Positions 48,330-61,620 of a DNA stretch of 64,000 bases are shown piece by piece. Each line of letters opens with the position of its first letter. Position 1 is the stretch's first letter. The DNA comes from Hemiscyllium ocellatum (Eukaryota): positions 62,001 through 126,000 of the forward strand of contig NW_026869299.1 of assembly GCF_020745735.1 (NCBI RefSeq). Direction: 5' to 3'. The notes beneath the pieces were generated by a model that worked only from the letters and a program-made list of their open reading frames with translations, did no database searches and had not been told where the DNA came from. The position numbers were made by a program, and so were the translations under genes.

Positions 48330-50300
48330 TGTATTTTGCAGCCAGATAAATAACCGATCCATCACATTGAGGACTTAAACGCAAAACATTAAAGGCTTTG
48401 TACTTCATGAAGCTGGATATGAGCCATGTGAAACTGCCATTGGGATTTGATGAAGATCCCCATAAATATGCTACAATTACCAATATCCGATACTGTTTTT
48501 TGTGTTGGGATATCATCAACTCGTGAAATTGTCCAGTGAACAATGGAGAACATTTCACAAGGTGTACCCCAGGATACGGTCGTTATGAATGATGTACGAA
48601 TAACCGGGAAGAGGATTTTGAGAGATTGTGCACAGCAATTAAATGGTTCTTCAGGGCCTTAGAAGGAAAAATGTGCATTCCAAGGCAGCCCAAGTGACTT
48701 CCTTGAGCTATAGCATCATCAAGACCAGGTTAAACACATTGGAAAATTAAGTGAGGTCAATCAAGGGTGCTCTGGTACCCCGCAGAGCTTTGATCTTACC
48801 TTGGTTGGTTAAATATTATAGATGCTTCTGTAACGTCCTGTCTTCCATCTTGGCAGCTTGGATTTGCTATTCAGAAATGATCAGCATTGCAAATGATCTC
48901 ATCACCCAGAAGTAACCTTTAGGGAAGTGAAAAAGCAGGTATTGTAGATGGTGTTGGCACACAATAGTCCCCAGTGAGCTGTAGTGCTGTCATGTGATGC
49001 CTCCCAATACACTTTGAGGTGACTGCTGGCCCACTGATGCCTTGGCAGACATGGTATATGTTTCTCAAACTTTGGCTCATGTCAAATGAAGACATGTCCA
49101 GATAGCGAAGGAAGGTTTGGTGATAATCCTTTGTGTGAGAAAATTCCACCAATACCTTTTAGGACATCAATTTGAAATATCGATGGACCACAAACCGTTG
49201 CCAGGGAGACCTGATGGTGTCAGGGCCATCACACCTCAAGCTTCAGGTCAAATTCAGTGGGCTGTCATGCTGAGTGCATAGCCCACACAGGTTTCTGAGG
49301 GTTTATCATGTGATAAATGCAGTTGTGTGAAGCCTCCTCCCTCTGGTGGGTACACCATGGTGGGTGCCAGCAGTGAAAGAGTCTGTTCTGTTTTTAAACA
49401 TTGCGGGCATGCTTCCCATCATCTCTGACCATATCAGACTGTGGGTACAAAAAGACCCCTTCCTGGTGAATCACAAACAGCTGGTGGTGTTGGAAATGAA
49501 AGGGGCATCACAACCAGAATTGAATCCTTTCTGGACTTGGTGAGACTAGATGTCCATTGAGGAAGACATAGTAATACGGGGAGCAAGTGTGTTTGCCCCA
49601 AGCAAAGGTCACTGTCAGATACTGGCTGAACTCCACCAGGGTCTTCCTGTGATTTCCAAAATGAAGGTGTTGACAAGATGTTTTGTTTGGTGGCCGGGAT
49701 CAGATGCCGATGCAGCCATGTTTGTGGGTCAATGGCTAGGGTACCAACAAAGACAAAGATTGCCACCAGCAGCTGCACCACATCCATAGAACTGGACGGA
49801 TAACACCTGGTGCAAGTGCTTTCACGGTGGTTATCCATTTAATCATTGTGTACACACAATGTGATTAGATGTTCATGAAGTGCATTTGTCAAATGTGGGG
49901 ATTACAACTAAAACGTTGTGAGAGTATTATTCAATACACAGAAACTGGACATGCTGGTCACAGCTAGCAGGCCATCATTTAGCAGGAGGGAGTCTTGTGT
50001 CTTTCCTAAAGGGGAATAATATTCAGCATGTAAGGACAGCTGTATCTGTTGTCTGATAGTCTGGGGGAAAGAGCAGTCCAAACATTGAAAGAAAGTTTAA
50101 AGATACAGCCTGCAACTTTAGTCAATACACAAGTGTCCCAATTTGTGATTGATTATAGAACCAGCACTCACACAAATACAGGAACAGAAGCATTGGTATT
50201 GCAGAGAAGACTCCACTCCAGATTAAATCTGATGTTCTTCCACCTTGTGGAGTGTGTGAAAAGGTGTCATGAACACCAATGCTGGCTGTAAGACATTTCT
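48330..50300 (+). pseudogene. Decayed Gypsy pol (RT-RNaseH-integrase) within an array unit
   Basis: Remnants of KYATI, CDAS, GVRKFHQYL (TGTGTGAGAAAATTCCACCAATACC), KMKVLTRCFVWWPG and GERAVQTLKE. Many frameshifts. Confidence 0.8.
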
Positions 50301-51703
50301 ATACGAGAGAGACAGTTTAGTCCAGGAGACAAAATTTGCTGTTAAAACAATTGGAATTGCCATGCATGCGTAAGAGGCATGGTCGAATGATGTACACTTC
50401 TCAAGGCAGAGAGGTGATCCTGATTCAGTATTTGTGTCAACTGATAGCTATAACATCAAAAGTGGGGCAGGAAGAAAACATACCCAGCCACTCGGAACAT
50501 CCAACAGGCTGCCAGAAACTGTGGGTTCTCCCTGTCCTCCCAGTGTCCAAGAAACCTCTGAGGGCAAGATGGACATGGCAGACATTACCACCAGAAGAAA
50601 AAGATGAATTCCTGCTGAGATGCTCAATGGGTAAGAGGTAGGCCGTAGTCCAGTACATGCCAGCAGTATCTGCGCCAGACTCCGTGGAACCAAATCTGGT
50701 GTAAGCATGCCCCAGGAGAGGCAACAGCAAACAGAATGGGCCTTTTTCTCAGGACTGTGATGGGGAGAAAGGTAGTGATTGAAATGAGGTCAGAGAGGTG
50801 GACCTCACTGGATATGATTTCCCCGATTGGGGCAGTTGACCTGGTCCAATCAGGCAGTCCAGGCAGACTGATGTGTTAGCAGTTCTGCTCACTCGAGTTT
50901 CCAGCTCTGTAAAGTCTCGCTGAAGTATTACGCAGTGTGCATGTGTACATTGTTGATTTGCTTCGCCCAGCATATTACACGCAAGGAGCTCAGCTTTACC
51001 ATATCTTGGATGGAACAGAGATGGCCATCCACCCGATGAAGAAGACGACAGCTGCAAATGGCTCTTCCCGTGAGGCATTGATGTGTGAGGTATTGAGCTC
51101 CCAGTGCAGTTGAATTCCCTTGCCTGAATGATCTGGAAGGAGGAGGGCACCCCAGGAGAGCTGCCAGATGACAAAGTCATTAGTGCTTTCAAAAATGGCG
51201 ACATATCAGACTGTTGTAACCACAGGGGAACATTCCAGATGTTGACCACTGGAAACTCATCACCAACTGTCTCTTCCCTGTGGCTGAGGAACTCCTCCCA
51301 GAGTCTCAGCGTCAGTCAACCATAGTTAAGCACAATGGACATGGTTTTCACTGCTGTATATGTCCCTTTTGAACCTTATAAAGGCCTTTGACATCATCAG
51401 TTGGGATGCATTTGTAGAACATTCTTTTCCGCTTAGTTGTAGCTTAAAGTTTGTAACCATCCTTTGACACTTCCACAAATGTATGCAAGTAGTCGTAATG
51501 ACAAACGGCTTCAACACATACCCAGTCGAGCAGGGCTGTGTTATCAACTCAACACTGTTCTGAATCGACTCCTCTGCAGCATGTCATTGCCGACAATCTG
51601 CCCAGTTTTGAGCCCAGGTGGCTTTTATTGTCGTCCTGTATTTTTGCTGTCCCAGAAGCTCTTGTTGGACTTCAGTATGAGGGTTTAGATACTTTTCTTT
51701 GAA

Positions 51704-52019
51704 GTGGGTGGCACAGTGGCACAGTGGTTAGCAATGCTGCCTCACAGCGCCAGAGACCTGGGTTCCATTCCTGCCTCAGGCAACTGTCTGTGTGGAGTTT
51801 GCACATTCTCCCTGTGTCTGCATGGGTTTCCTCTGTGTGCTCCAGATTCCTCCCACAGACCAATAATTTGCAGGTTAGGTGAATTGGCCATTCTAAATTG
51901 CCAGTCGTATTTGTTGAGGGGGTAAATGTTGAGGAATGGTTATGGGTGGGTTGCTCTTTGGAGGGTCGGTGTGGGCTTGTTGGGGCGAAGGGCCTGTTTC
52001 CACACTGTAAGTAATCTAG
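51704..52019 (+). mobile_element. HE1 SINE inserted in segment X of one array unit
   Basis: GTGGGTGGCACAGTGGCACAGTGGTTAGCAATGCTGCCTCACAGCGCC head; GAAGGGCCTGTTTCCACACTGTAAGTAATCTA tail. Confidence 0.9.
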
Positions 52020-52509
52020 TCTGTGAGCAGTTGTATGACCTCTGGGTTTTAACAAGTATTGTTCCTTTCCCAGGAGTGTTCAATAGCAACAAAGCAGAGA
52101 GCATTTTTTTATTTCGTTGAAAAGAGCAAATGCTGGAGATCACAGTGGGTCAGACAGCATCCATGAGAGAGAGCAAGCTAAGTTTTAGTGTCGAGATGTC
52201 TCCTCATCAGAGCTGTTCATTTATTGTTTGCTTTCTGTGAGGTTAGTTTTATATTGGCCCCTTGTGACCCCTGCCCACGAGTGCTTGGTGGGGACTGAGG
52301 CCAGGGAGAGCCAGTTTTTGATTATTTATTTCCTTCTGACTTTGCCCAGAGGGAATAGTATTTTTTTTGTTTTAGAAATTGGAAGCAGGTTTAGTTTCTG
52401 TTTTTAAGAGCAGAGTGTATGCCGCAGTGTGGTGCCTGATCTGGGAATGTCTGTTGCAGGCAGTGGAGGTTGTTTTTCAGGCTAGAGGCCTGTGGTGAAT
52501 ACACGAATG

Positions 52510-52856
52510 GATGCTGGATCTGAAGTAATCAGAGGATTCAGGGTACAGAGTGAGAGCCTTTTTCAACGGATGGTGATGGTTCGCATGAGGGGACACAGCT
52601 TTAAGTCGGAGTGATTGATACAGGACAGTTGTCAGAGGTAGTTTCTTTACTCAGAGAGTTGTACGGGTGTGGAATGCCCTGCCTGCAACTGTTGGAGACT
52701 CACCAAATGTATGGGAATTTAAATGGTCATTGGATAAACTATGGATGAAAATGAAATTGTGCAGGATAGATGGGCTTCAGATTGGTTCCACAAGTCATCA
52801 CATCATCGAGGGTTGAAGGACCTGTGCTGCGATCTAATGGTCTCTGTTCTATGTCC
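52510..52856 (+). mobile_element. CR1/HER1 3'-end insertion specific to one array unit
   Basis: GAGGGGACACAGCTTTAAG..TTTACTCAGAGAGT..TGTGTTCTATG tail; closely resembles 26540-26845. Confidence 0.75.
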
Positions 52857-55800
52857 TGAACAAACGTGCAGATAACACGATAGCTGCAAATTCTCAAGTG
52901 GCCAGTCTCAAAACATACTCAGCCCCTCAGAACATCCAGCACAGCTGTCCGAACCTGTGGGTTCTCCCAGTCTCCCCAGCCTGTAAGAAACCTCTGAGGG
53001 CAAGATGGATGCGGCAGATGTCTCAGCCTTGACACCTTTTACCTCCCAGCAGAAGAAGATAAATCTTTTCTGAGATGCAAGAAGTTGGCCACAGTACAGC
53101 ACTGGCACCATTGGTCAAGCCAGAGTCCGAGGAAGTGGACCGAGTGGGAAAGTAACTTAGGAAAGTGACAGGAAAGAGAATGGGCCCATGTCCCAGGGCT
53201 TAGAGGAGGATGGAGGTAATAATTGGAATGTAGTCACCCAGTGAATGTCATGAAGTATAATTCCCCTGGTTGGGGCTCTTCAGGGAGCCCTGACTGGCAG
53301 GCGTGTCAGGGGTTCTGCTCACTTGAGGAGACATCTTTGTGAAGGCTAGGTTAGTGTCATGTCCTGTCCACGTGTAAATTGTTGACGTGCATCCTGCAGC
53401 ATGTTGCATGCAAGGACCTCAGCAGTAACCAAGCCTTAGATGAGACAAAGAAGACTGTTCTCCATCTTAAGAATGAGACTGCGGGTGCAAGTGGTACTCC
53501 CCCTGCATGCAGAGATATTGAGCTCCCAGTGTAGCTGCATGCCCTTGTCTGCTTAACTGGAAGGAGGAGAAAATCCCAGGAGTGTTCCCAGATGCCACAG
53601 TCGTGAGTATTATCAAAAAACGGAACACGTCAGACTGTGGTAACTCCAGGGGAATATTCTCAATGTTGAGCATTGGAAAACTCAGCATCAAGGTCCTGTT
53701 TAACTCTCTCATCCTAGTGCCTGAGGAATTCCTCCTGGCGACTGAGTATGGCTTTCTGTCACAGAGGAGCACCAGGGACATGATTTTCACTGCTGCATAT
53801 CGCGTTCTTCGACCTTACAAAGGCGTTTGACACCATCAATCAGGAAGCATTTTTGAAGTGTTCTTCACCACTTTAGTTACAGCATGAAATTTGTCACCAC
53901 CTTTCTCCTGGTCCACAATGACATCTATGTCATCATTATGACATGGCTTCAACACCTGCCTTTTGCCTCTTTGAACTGGTGGTGAGCAGGGCTGTGTCAT
54001 CACCACAACACTCCTGAACCTAAGTTGCTGCAGGACCACTCCACCGACAAGCTACCCATATTTACTCCAAGGGGGCTTTTGTTTTAGTCCTGCACTGTTG
54101 TTGTCCCAAAAACACTTGATGGGGTTCAGTGTGAGTGATAAATTATTTTCAGTTGAAATGAGCAGGTGTACTTCCTCTGGATTGCAAACCACTGTTGTTC
54201 TTTTCCCAGGAGTGTTCAAATAGCGACATAACAGAGAGGGTTTATTCTTTGAAAAAACCAAGTGCTGGAAATTACTGCAGGTCAGACAGTATCCATGAGA
54301 GAGAGCAAGCTAGGATATAGAGTCTAGATGACTCCTCAGCAGAGCTGTTCATTTATTGTTTGTTTTCTTTGATTGACTTGAGTTTCTTTTTATGAGGCTA
54401 CAGGTGCAATAGGGATTCCCCCTGAGGCATTGAGGTGGATGGGCTCTGAGCTCCCAATGCAGCTGCATGCCCTTTTCTGCATTATCTGGAAGGAGGAGAA
54501 CATCCCTGAAGAGCTCCCAGATACCACAGTTGTGAGTGTTTTCACAACAGAACGTGTGAGACTGTGCTAACTACAGCAAAATCTCCCTGATGTTGACCTT
54601 TGGAAAACAAATCACCAAGGTCCTTGTCAACTCTCTCCTGCCTGTGCCTTAGGAACCCATCTCGGAATTTCTGTGTTCTTCAGCCCCAGACGGGAACAAA
54701 GGACATGATTTTTACTGTTATATACGACGCTCTTAGAACTTTCAAAGTCCTTTGACCCCATCAAACAGGAAGCATATGTGGAGCGTTCTTCTCTGCTTTA
54801 GTTGCATCATGAAACTTGTCACCATCCCTCACCTGGTCCAGAACGATGTGTGAGTCATTTTAAAGATAAATGGTTTCAACACTGACCCATTCTGCCTCTG
54901 AACCAGTGTCGAGTAGGGCGATGTCATCACCACAAAACAGCTCTGAATCTACTTCACTGCAGGACCTCACCTCAGATAAGCTGCCCACTTTCAGACCAAG
55001 GGGGCTTGTATTGAAGTCCTGCAATGTCGCTAACCAGAAACCCTTGATGGTAGTCAGTGTGAGCAGTACATTGTTTTTAGTTGAAATGAGCAGGTGTCCT
55101 TCCTCTGGATTTTTAACAATTCCCAGATACCCTCCTTAGGAATGTTCATTATCGACAGAGCGGAGAGAGGTGATTTTTAACATAATTTTTGTTGAAATGA
55201 AAAAATGCTGGAGATTACAGCCAGTTAGAGAAAATCTATGAGAGAGTGCAAGCTAAGATTTTGTGTTAACGGCATTTGAACTGTACATTTGTTGTTTGTT
55301 TTATTTGACAATCTTGACTTTATTTTATTTTGGCACTGTGAGACCCATGCCCAGGAGTGGTTGGTGGACACAGAGAGAGCCAAGTTTTAATTGTTTATTT
55401 CCTTCTGTTTTTCCCTCAAGGAAAAGTGTGCTTTTTGTTTTATAAAGTGAAAGCAGCTTGTGTTTCTGTTTTGAAAGTGTAGAGTACTATGCCTATTTGG
55501 ATGAGTGTGTTGCACAACTTGGTGTTGGTTATCAGACTGGAGGCTTGTGATGAATATATGAATTGGTGATGTGTCCAATGCCGTTTGTCATTTATGTAAA
55601 GGATTTGGTTGAGAAAATAGGGCGCATGGTTTGTAAGGAGTGTTAGGCAGAGTATAATATTGATACATGCAAAATGGTGCATTTTGGTATGAGGAACAAG
55701 CCAAGACCACATTTGGAACGGCCTGTAGAGTGTTGTCGAACAGAGAGCCCGAGGGTTGACAAAACCTCTACAGTGCGGAAGTAGGCCATTTGGCACAACA

Positions 55801-55939
55801 GACCCACACTATCAGTCTCATTTCCCTTACGTGCAAAAGTAGAGGCACAAATCAAGAGCCTGGAAAGCTAACGATGATCAAAGCACTGCAGTGTGCCCTA
55901 TGTGCAGCACTGTTCGAATCCATTGTGTCATTTTGCCTA

Positions 55940-57800
55940 CGTGGAGATTTTAAAGATTTGATGAGGGAATTTTTGAAGCCAGGTATATAACTGATGCATC
56001 ACATTGAGGACTTGTCTGGAAAACCGCAGATGCCTTGTCCTTTACAAAGCTGGATATGTGTCATACGAATGTAGCATTATGCTTCAATGAGGATTCCCAT
56101 AAATATGCTACAGTTAATACCCATAAAGGGTGTAACCACTGTATTTGACTGCATTTGTTTTGGGATATCATCAGCCAATGAATCGTTCCAGTGAATGGCC
56201 GAGAACTGTTTACAAGGTCTACCCACGGTCCCTATTTCTATGAAGATTTGCTAATCACAGGGAAGATCAATAAAAATCATTTAATGTTTGTCCAAGATCT
56301 TAGGAAGAAAGAAAATGTGTTCCAAGGCACCCCAAGTGACGTAATTGAGCTACTGCATGGACAAGTGGATAAGACAGATTTAAAGATAAGGGCAACCAAG
56401 GGTTCATCGGCTCCTATGTCTGCATTGGAGCTTCAGTCTTTCCTTGGGTTGGTGAATTATTACGGAGAAAATTGTGTAATCACCTGGCCTCCATTTTGGC
56501 AGCTGTGATTTGCTATTGAGAAGGGCCTGCTTTACAAATACTCACATCGCCAAGAAGAACCCTTATGGGAATTGAAAAAGCAGCTATCATCATTTAATGC
56601 CTTGGCAGAGAATGGTCTCCAGTCAGATGTGGCACTGACGTACAAAGCATCACCATCTGGTATCCAGTTACTGCTAGCTCACCGACAGAAGGGATTGCCT
56701 TGTCGTACTTGCTTCCCAGCGTTTGGCTGATGCCGAATGAAAATGCATCCAGATGGAGACAGAATGTTTGGCAGTAACCTTTTGTCTGAGAAAGTTCAGC
56801 CAATAGGTTCCTGCAAATATCTTTGATGAAGGAATGCATCACAAAGCCCTGCTCGAGTGACCTGAAGAAGGCAGGGCTATCCCACTTCCAGCTTGAGGTT
56901 AAGTTCAGAAGTGAGCTCTTATTCTGAGTGCATGGATTTACAACTGGGAACACCATATCTGCAGTCAACTGGTTAATGCCTGAACTCACCATGGCGCGTG
57001 CCACCAAAGGAAGAGTTCATTTTAGTTTTAAACATTCTGCATCCCTTCTGCTCATCTCTGACAATATCACACTGTAGATCCAAGAATTTCCTGTCCTGGC
57101 GAAACAAGAACCACTGGTGGTGTTCGAAACTGATGACGAACATCATAACCAGGATGGAATTCTTTCTGGAGCTGGCAAGAGCAGATGACTGTTAAAGATG
57201 GCACACTTATGTGGGGAGCAAACATGTTTGCTCCAGACAGAGGTCATTGTCAGATACCAGCTAAACTCCACCAGACTACACCTATGATTTCCAAAATGAA
57301 GATGTTGGTGAGAGGTTATGTCTGATAGCCAGAATTGGATGCCGATGCAGCCATGTTGGTGGGACAGTATCCACAATGCCAAGAAGGACAGAAATTTTCA
57401 CCAGCAGTGCCTCATTTTCATGGCACTGACCAGGTAGAACCTTAGTTCAGTGACACATCGAATGTGCCGGTCCATTATGTGGGATCTGTACTTTAACGAT
57501 GTCGGTCACAGATAAAGGGTATTCATTTGCCAGCAGGTAGTTTAGTGTATTGCCTAAAATCGAATGGCATTTGCATGTAGTGACAACTGCATGCGTTTTC
57601 TGATTGTATGGTGGAAAGTACAGTCCAAACATTGAGGGCAAAGTTAAGTAAACAGCCGACAACTTCACTGGATGTCAAACTGTCCCACTTTCTCTCTGAT
57701 TATAGAAACACCGCTCACACAACTGCAGTGACAACGCCACCAGAATTGCTAATGTGAAGAAGCCTCCAAGTTAAATCGGATCTTCTCGGATGTTGTGGGG
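55940..57800 (+). pseudogene. Decayed Gypsy pol within an array unit
   Basis: GDFK at ~55942, LELQSFLGLVNYYG in ORF 56191-56508, RNaseH and integrase remnants. Confidence 0.82.
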
Positions 57801-59829
57801 AGAGTGACACGGCATCAGGAAGGCCAATGCCAGTCACAAAACCCCTCTTTGTGGGAGGCAGTTTATTTCATGGCACAAAATGCGCTGTTGAATCGGTGGG
57901 AATGGCCCTGAATGTGTTCAAAGTGAAGTCTGGTCACAAGATGTACAATGCTTATGTCACACTAGTAGTCCTGAACACTTTTGAGGATCACACGATTGCT
58001 GCAACCTCAAGACGTGGTCAGGAGCACAACATACCCAGCCCCTCACAACATTCAGCAAGGCCGTCCGAACCTGTGGGTTCTCCCCCTCCTCCACTCAGTG
58101 TGGAAGAATCGTCTGAGAGTGAGATGGACATGGCAGATGTTGCAGCATTGACACCATTACCATCTGTAGAAGAAGATACATTTCTTCTGAGATGCAAGAA
58201 GTGGGTCACAGTCCAGCCCAAGGCGGCGGAATGCAGCCCCGAGTCCGAAGAAGTGGATCTCGTGGGAAAATGACTCATGATATGTTGCAAGAAAGAGAAT
58301 GGGCCTTTGTCCCAGGAATTAGATGGGGACGGAAGTAATGACTGGGGCACAGTCAATGAGTGAACCTCCTTGAATATATATTTCCAGGTTGAGGCTGTTC
58401 ACCTGGTCTAATCAGGGAGACCTGACTGGCAGATGTGTCGGCGATCTGCTCACTTGAGGAGCTGTGTCGATGAAGGCGAGGTCAGTGCCATGTACTTTGC
58501 CCATGGCGAATTTTGGAGTGCATGCCATAACATGTTACATGCATGGAGTTCAGCAATATCTAAACCTTGGATCAAATAGAGAAAGTGGTCCTCCAGCTCG
58601 AGAACAGGGCTGCAGTTGCAAATGGTAGTCCCCCTCCAGCCTAGAACTGCGGAGGCACCGAGCTTCCAGTGCAACTGAATATCCTTGTCTGCCTTCTCTG
58701 GAAGGAGGAGAGCATCCCAGGAGAGCTCACAGATGCCAACGTCAGGAGTATTTTCAAATAATGGAGCATGTCAGACTGTGGTACGTTCAGGGCAATGTCC
58801 CTGATGTTGACCACTGGACAATTCATCACCAAGGTACTTTTCAACTGTCTCTTCCTTATGGCTGATGAACTCCCTCTGCAGTTTCAGTGTGACTTTCGGC
58901 CTCAGACGGGCACATTAAGCATGACTGCGTAGGGCCTTCTTCAACCTTACAAAGGCCTTTGACACCATCAATCAGAAAGCACTTGTACAGCATTCCTCTC
59001 CACTTTCGATGCAGCATGAAGTTTGTAACCATATGTCACCTGATCCACAACAACGTGCAAATCATCGTAATAACAAGCGGCCTCAACACCCGTCCATTCC
59101 CCCTTTAACTTGGCGTCGAGCATTGCTGTGTCTTCACCACAAAACTGCTCTGAATCTACCTCACAACATCCATGAGAGAGAGCAAGCTAAGATTTTGAAT
59201 CTTGATGACTTCTCATCAGAGCTGTTTATTTATTGTTTGTTTTCTATGATATGTTTGAGTTTGTTTTTATGTTACCCCCTGTAGACCCTGCCCATGAGTG
59301 GTGGGAACAGAGTCCAGCAGAGCCAGGTTTTGATTATGTCTTTTTCTACAGAGTAATAGTGTCTTTTTTGTTCAACTAGTCGCTTTAGGTTCTTTTTGAA
59401 AGAGCAGAGCATATGTCATGGCCTTGTGCCTGTTCTGGGAGTCTCTGATGCAGGCAGTGATAGTTGTTTATCAGATTGGAAGCCTGTGATGAATACAGGA
59501 ATCAATGCTGGGTCGAATGCCGTTTGTCATTTATGTAAAGGATTTTTGTGAGGATTGGCAGGTGGAGTTTAATTTTGTTAAATGCAAATTGTTGCATATT
59601 GGTAAGTGTTGCAGTGCAAGACCTACCCAGGTAGTGGCAGGGCCTGTGGATTGTTGTTGAACCGACAGTCCCAGGGGTTGACAGAACTTCTACAGTGCGG
59701 AGGCAGGCCATTTGACACAATAGGTCCACACCACCAGTGCCATTCGCCTTGTGTGCAAAAGTAGAGTCATGTGCCTGGAGCGCTGAGGGATCATCAATCC
59801 ACCGTAGTTTGCCATAGGAGAGTACTGTT

Positions 59830-61620
59830 GATACCCATTATTGGTCGAGTGCATTTGTGGCAATTTGAAAGAAATGTTGAGCCAGTTTTTGAAGCCAGAT
59901 AAATAACCAGTAAATTGCGTTGAGGAGTTTTACGCAAATGTGCACGGGACTTGTTTGTCACGACGCTGGAAATGAGCTGTGTGAATGTGCCATTGTGATT
60001 CAGTGATGATTCCCATAAACATGCACCAATTAATACCCATGAGGGATGGAAACAATTTCCTTGACTGCCTGTCTTTTAGGGTGTCATCAGCCGGTGAACA
60101 GTTCCAGGGAATGAGGGAGAACATTTTACAAGGTCTACTGCAGGTCGATATTTATCTGAATGATGTGCTAGATACAGTGATGATCAATAAAAATGTGTTT
60201 AATGTTTCTCCAAATCCTTAGAAAGGTAAAAAAAAGCAGGTGGGGTCCAAGGCATCCCAACTGAACTCATTGAGCGTCAGCATCAACAACAGTGGGCTAT
60301 GCACATCCAACAATAACATGAGGTTATCCAAGGGTTCCTCAGTTCCCACATCTGTATCAGTGCTTTAGACTTTCCTTGGCTTGGTGAATTATTACGGAAA
60401 ATTCTGTAATGAGCTCGCATTCATACTGGCAGCTTAGATTTGCTATTCCGAAAGAGCCAACTTTGCAAGTAGCCGAGTCACCAAGAAGTAGCCTTTCAGG
60501 AATTGAAAAAGCAGCTATTGGCATTTAAAATTTTTGCACAGACTACTCCCCAGTGAGATGTGGTGCTGACATGTGAAGTCTCCCCACACAGTATCCAGTT
60601 ACTGCTGGCTCACCGACAGTCAGCAGAGAGAACTGCCCAGTAGTATATGCTGACCAGGCTTTGGCTGATGCCAAATGAAAATTCATCCAGAGTGAGAAGG
60701 AAAGGTTGGTGATAATCTTTTGTGTGAGAAAATACATCCAACCAATATATTCATTTACGTACGTTTGATGTAGCAATGCACCACAAACCTCTACTAAGGC
60801 TACCCGATGAAGACAGGACCATCCCACTTTTTGCTTCATGTTCGAATTCAGACGTGAGCTTTTATTCTGAGTGCATGGGATTACAAGTTGGAACAGCATA
60901 CGTGCAATCAAGTGGTTAATGCCTGCAGCCAACTCCCTACGGTGGGTACACCATGGTGAGTTCGACCAAAGGAAGAATCCGTTCTGATTTTAAAATTCCT
61001 GTACACCCATCTAGTCATCTCTGACAATATCACACTGCGGATACAACTGATGTGTTCAAAACTGCATATTAATGTGGGGAACAAGTGTGTTTGTCACAAG
61101 CAATGGTCACTGTTGGATACCAGGTCAACTCCATCAGGGTCATCCTGTGATTTCCAAAATGAAGATGTTGACGAGAAGTTATGTCTTGTGACCAGAATTG
61201 GATGCCGACACAGCCATTTTTGTGAGTCATTACCCACAGTGCTAACAAGGACAGAAATTGTCACCAGCAGAGCACTATATTCATTGGAATAGCCAGGTAT
61301 TACCTTGGATTAGTTACACATTGAGTGTGCCTGTCCATTTGCGGGATGTATACTTGTAATGATGTTGGTCACAGATAAAGGGCATTCATTTGCCAGCAGG
61401 GAGTTTTGAGTATTTCCGAAAGTCGATTGGGATTTGGCATGTAATGACAGCTGCATCTGTTGTCCGATAGTCTGGTGGAAATAACAGTCCAAACATTGGA
61501 GGAAAAGTTAAGAAAACAGCTGACAACTTCACAGGATCCCATAACATGTTAAATAGCATCTTCGCAGATCTTGTGGGGAGTGGAAAACAACATCTAGAAT
61601 GCAAATGCCGTTCACAAAAA
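59830..61620 (+). pseudogene. Decayed Gypsy pol within an array unit
   Basis: LSFRVSSAGEQFQGMRENILQGLLQVDIYLNDVL (RT YLDD region); TTCCTTGGCTTGGTGAATTATTACGG (FLGLVNYYG). Confidence 0.82.

Noticed and set aside
40697-52019. tRNA genes
   Set aside because: The tRNA-like A/B boxes are HE1 SINE heads joined to V-domain and LINE-derived tails.
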